DNA from: a virus
Taxonomy: Duplodnaviria > Caudoviricetes
DNA: 45,054 bases
IMG/VR virus record: IMGVR_UViG_3300017747_002686
Span: 1 to 45,054 of that record
Reading direction: 5' to 3' (one strand)
Each line of letters begins with the position of its first letter. The first letter of the stretch is position 1. Positions 42,192 to 45,054 of the stretch are shown one piece after another. A program made the translations under genes and the position numbers. A model generated the notes under the pieces. It saw only the letters and a program-made list of their open reading frames with translations, had not been told where the DNA came from and did no database searches.

Positions 42192-43957
42192 TGAGCAAAG
42201 CATCTGTCGAGCTGGCCGGCCTTGAGCCCAACCAGCTAGCCGCCCACGTCAGCAGCCTGTACGAGCAGTGGCATACCAGCCGCGTCGAGCACCGCAAGCG
42301 CCTGGCCGAGATCAAGTCGTACATCTACGCCACCAGCACGAAGGAGACCACCAACGTCTCCAACCCCTGGAGCCACACGACCCACATCCCCAAGCTGACG
42401 CAGATCAAGGACAACCTGGGTGCGCAGTATTCGTCCGCGCTGTTTGGCCGTGACGAGATCTTCAGCTTCGAGCCTGGCGACGCTGAGGCTGCGGTGGCCG
42501 GCAAGAAGAAGGCGATCAACGCCTACCTGCTGACCAAGCATAAGTACAGCAAGTTCCGCTCCGTCATGAAGCAGCTGCTGGATGACTGGGTCGAGACAGG
42601 CAACTGCTTCGTCCAGCTCCAGTATGTGCGCGAGATGGGCAAGGATCGGCAGGGCAACGCGGTGGTGGTGTACGAAGTGCCGAAGCCTTTCCGCATCAGC
42701 CCGTACGACATCGAGTTCGACCCGACCGCCATCGACTTCGCCAGCACGCCGAAGGTTGTGCGCCAGGTGATCACGCGCGGCGAGTTCTTCCGCAACGTGG
42801 AGGAGATGCCGGAGCTGATGTACGACCCGGCTGAAGTAGATCGCATGAAGATGTTTCACTCCACCGTCAGCACCATGAAGGCGGATGACATCGAGAAGAT
42901 CAACCAGTCCACGCTGGACGGCTTCGGCTCCTACGGCCAGTACATCACGTCTGGCAAGGTAGAGCTGCTGCACTTCTACGGCGACATCTACGACCCGGTC
43001 GAGATGAAACTGCACAAGGACGCGATGATTACCGTGGTGGACCGCCGCTTCCTGCTGCGCAACGTGTGCGCCTCAGACTTTGGCAACATCGGGCAGATTT
43101 ACCACAGCGGATGGCGCAAGCGCCCCGACAATCTGTGGTCAATGGGTCCGCTGGAGAACCTGGTGGGCATGCAGTACCTGATCGACCACCTGGAGAACGC
43201 TCGAGCGGATGCCTTCGACCAGATGCTCAGCCCAGACGAGGTGTACATCGGCCAGGTAGACACCGTGCAGGATGGCGCCGTGCGCAAGCACTACATCGAC
43301 GATGGTGAGGGCAGTGTCACCCAGCTCCGGCCGGATGCCACCGTGCTCCAGGCCGACTTCCAGATTCAGGTGAAGGAAGCCCAGATGGAGGCCTACGCCG
43401 GCGCACCGCGCGAGGCAATGGGCATCCGGTCACCCGGTGAGAAGACGGCCTTCGAGATCGAGAGCCTTCAGAACGCCGCGGGTCGGCTGTTCCAGGTGAA
43501 GATCGAGGACTTCGAGGTGCTGGTGGAGGACTTGCTGAACGGCGAGATCGAGCTAGGCCAGCGCAACCTCTCGGTCAGCGACCTGGTGGAAGTGATGGAC
43601 GACGACTTCGGCGTGGTGGACTTCATGAAGATCACCCGCGAGGACTTGCTCGCCCGTGGCAAGCTCCGCGCACGCGGCGCCTCCCACTTCGCCCGACGCA
43701 GCCAGCTGGTGCGGGAGCTGTCCCAGTTCGGGCAGACCCTCCAGGCTGATCCTGCCCTGGCTGTCCACTTCCCCGCCCTGGAACGGGCCAAGATGTGGAA
43801 CGAGCTGATGGGCTTCGAGCGCTTCTCGGTGGTGCAGCCCTTCGGCCAGATCGCTGAGGAAGTTGACAAGCAGAAGATGATGCAGAGCGCCCAGGCGCTG
43901 GTCGAGCAGGACCAGGCCGCGGAAGGCGCGGTGGCAGCAGCTGAGCAGGAGGTGTAA
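42191..43957 (+). CDS. Portal protein
   Basis: 588 aa after terL; PKLTQI.DNL, RISPYDI.FDP.A, WRKRPDNLWSMGPL.NL.G.QY.IDHLEN, GIRSPGEKTAFE motifs. Confidence 0.9.
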   Translation: MSKASVELAGLEPNQLAAHVSSLYEQWHTSRVEHRKRLAEIKSYIYATSTKETTNVSNPWSHTTHIPKLTQIKDNLGAQYSSALFGRDEIFSFEPGDAEAAVAGKKKAINAYLLTKHKYSKFRSVMKQLLDDWVETGNCFVQLQYVREMGKDRQGNAVVVYEVPKPFRISPYDIEFDPTAIDFASTPKVVRQVITRGEFFRNVEEMPELMYDPAEVDRMKMFHSTVSTMKADDIEKINQSTLDGFGSYGQYITSGKVELLHFYGDIYDPVEMKLHKDAMITVVDRRFLLRNVCASDFGNIGQIYHSGWRKRPDNLWSMGPLENLVGMQYLIDHLENARADAFDQMLSPDEVYIGQVDTVQDGAVRKHYIDDGEGSVTQLRPDATVLQADFQIQVKEAQMEAYAGAPREAMGIRSPGEKTAFEIESLQNAAGRLFQVKIEDFEVLVEDLLNGEIELGQRNLSVSDLVEVMDDDFGVVDFMKITREDLLARGKLRARGASHFARRSQLVRELSQFGQTLQADPALAVHFPALERAKMWNELMGFERFSVVQPFGQIAEEVDKQKMMQSAQALVEQDQAAEGAVAAAEQEV

Positions 43958-44202
43958 TGGACGCACGACTCGCCCGCGGGCTCAAGCCGGAAGGCCAGGA
44001 GGAGCTGAAGCTGTGGATGGTGAACAACCGCCACCGGCTGGAGCTGTTCACCGACATCCTGTCCAAGTCTGTCGCTACGGCCAATAACCACAGCGACAAG
44101 GCGGAGACATTCGCCGGCCCGAACGCGCTGGCGGAGCTAGCCCACGCGGCCGGCTACCGCCAGGGGCTGCGTGAAGCCATCGCCCTCTTGACAAACCGCT
44201 AG
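43957..44202 (+). CDS. Small hypothetical protein between portal and scaffold
   Basis: 81 aa, TAATG coupling, A...GYRQGL.EAI.LL C-terminus. Confidence 0.7.
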   Translation: MDARLARGLKPEGQEELKLWMVNNRHRLELFTDILSKSVATANNHSDKAETFAGPNALAELAHAAGYRQGLREAIALLTNR

Positions 44203-44215
44203 AAAGTGCTATACT
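44188..44215 (+). promoter_or_regulatory. Sigma70-type promoter for scaffold/capsid genes
   Basis: TTGACA-16 nt-TATACT with extended -10 TG; near copy of the 34833 promoter. Confidence 0.8.
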
Positions 44216-44266
44216 TGGGGTATGAGGCGCTGACCGGTGCCTCTCCCATCCTTGACCGAGGAAATT

Positions 44267-44980
44267 ATGACCAGCTTCAACACAGATGCACCCGCAGGTA
44301 CGCCGACCAGCACGCCAGCGGCCGGAACCCCGAACGCTACGCAGACTCCCGCCCAACCAGGCGTGGTGATTGAGTATAACGGCCGGAAGTTCACCCAGGA
44401 AGACGTTCTCAACAAGCTCGCCAACGCTGACCAGTTCATCGAACAGCTCAAGGCCGAGCGCGCCGAGGATCGACGCTTGCTCACCGAGGCGACCGCCGCG
44501 TTGCGCACCACCGTCGCAGCCAAGGAGCTGTTGCAGACACCGACTCCCGCACCGACTGCCCCGGCAGCCCCTGATGCGCCCGTCTTCGACGTGGCCAGCC
44601 AGGTGGAACAGGTCATCACGGCGCGAGAAGTGAAGCAGACCCAGGACGCCAACTGGAAAGCTGCGCAGGAAGCGATGACGGCAGCGTACGGCGCCAACGC
44701 CGACGCGAAGGCCAAGCAGGTTGCGGCAGAAGTGGGGATGTCAGTGGATGCACTGGTCAGCCTCGCCAAGTCCAGCCCAGCCGCCTTCAAGCGTCTGTTC
44801 CCTGAGCTTTCAACCGCACCCAAGACGCCAGTTGCAGCGGCGCCATCGGGTGGATTCAACCAAGCAGCCCTACCGGTCACCGGCGAAGGTCGCAAGTCCA
44901 GTGGATTCTGGGAAGCGAAGTCGTCCAAGGACCAGGTGTCTGCATACCTCAACCGCCTCAAAGAGCTTTCAGGAGTTTAA
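44267..44980 (+). CDS. Capsid scaffolding protein
   Basis: SD GAGG; G.KF....L..L..AD.FI.QLK.E pattern, helical, directly upstream of the capsid gene. Confidence 0.8.
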   Translation: MTSFNTDAPAGTPTSTPAAGTPNATQTPAQPGVVIEYNGRKFTQEDVLNKLANADQFIEQLKAERAEDRRLLTEATAALRTTVAAKELLQTPTPAPTAPAAPDAPVFDVASQVEQVITAREVKQTQDANWKAAQEAMTAAYGANADAKAKQVAAEVGMSVDALVSLAKSSPAAFKRLFPELSTAPKTPVAAAPSGGFNQAALPVTGEGRKSSGFWEAKSSKDQVSAYLNRLKELSGV

Positions 44981-45054
44981 TCAATGGCTAACGTCACCGG
45001 TAACCAGAGCCCGATCATTAAGGCTCAGGTGTATTCTGAGTTCATGCTGGAGCA
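44932..45054. repeat. Terminal overlap identical to 1-123 (contains the capsid start at 44984)
   Basis: Exact match to window start. Confidence 0.95.

Overview
Apparently complete genome (44,931 bp unique; bases 1-123 recur at 44932-45054) of a GC-rich, lytic podovirus-type tailed phage with a two-arm layout like Zobellviridae/LUZ24-type phages. No RNA polymerase, integrase or recognisable repressor was found. The + arm starts at a sigma70-type promoter (34833) and runs through a long structured non-coding stretch, a basic micro-peptide, a tRNA-like gene, a head-spike pair, a holin/spanin cassette, a tail fibre module, terminase, portal and scaffold, then wraps to capsid, tail tube/nozzle, ejection proteins and an SLT transglycosylase. 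The - arm starts near 34.3 kb with many small early genes (kinase-like, possible SAM lyase, HhH-like protein), followed by primase-helicase, family A DNA polymerase, SSB, exonuclease, ClpP-like protease, HNH, phosphoesterase, dATP/dGTP diphosphohydrolase and ATP-dependent ligase. The arms converge on a bidirectional terminator at ~15.2 kb. Spanins imply a Gram-negative host. The strongest unexplained signal is an AT-rich palindrome, TAACATGTTA (extended GCTAACATGTTAGC), seen 10 times perfectly plus variants, only in the early arm (25.5-33.8 kb), where it usually supplies both the stop codon of one gene and the start codon of the next. Other notable items are an in-frame amber codon inside the primase-helicase, three tandem DnaA boxes near the likely genome end, a probable heterotrimeric tail fibre, and an RcGTA-like head spike with three C1q-like repeats. 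All product calls come from motif recognition by eye; no database searches were run.
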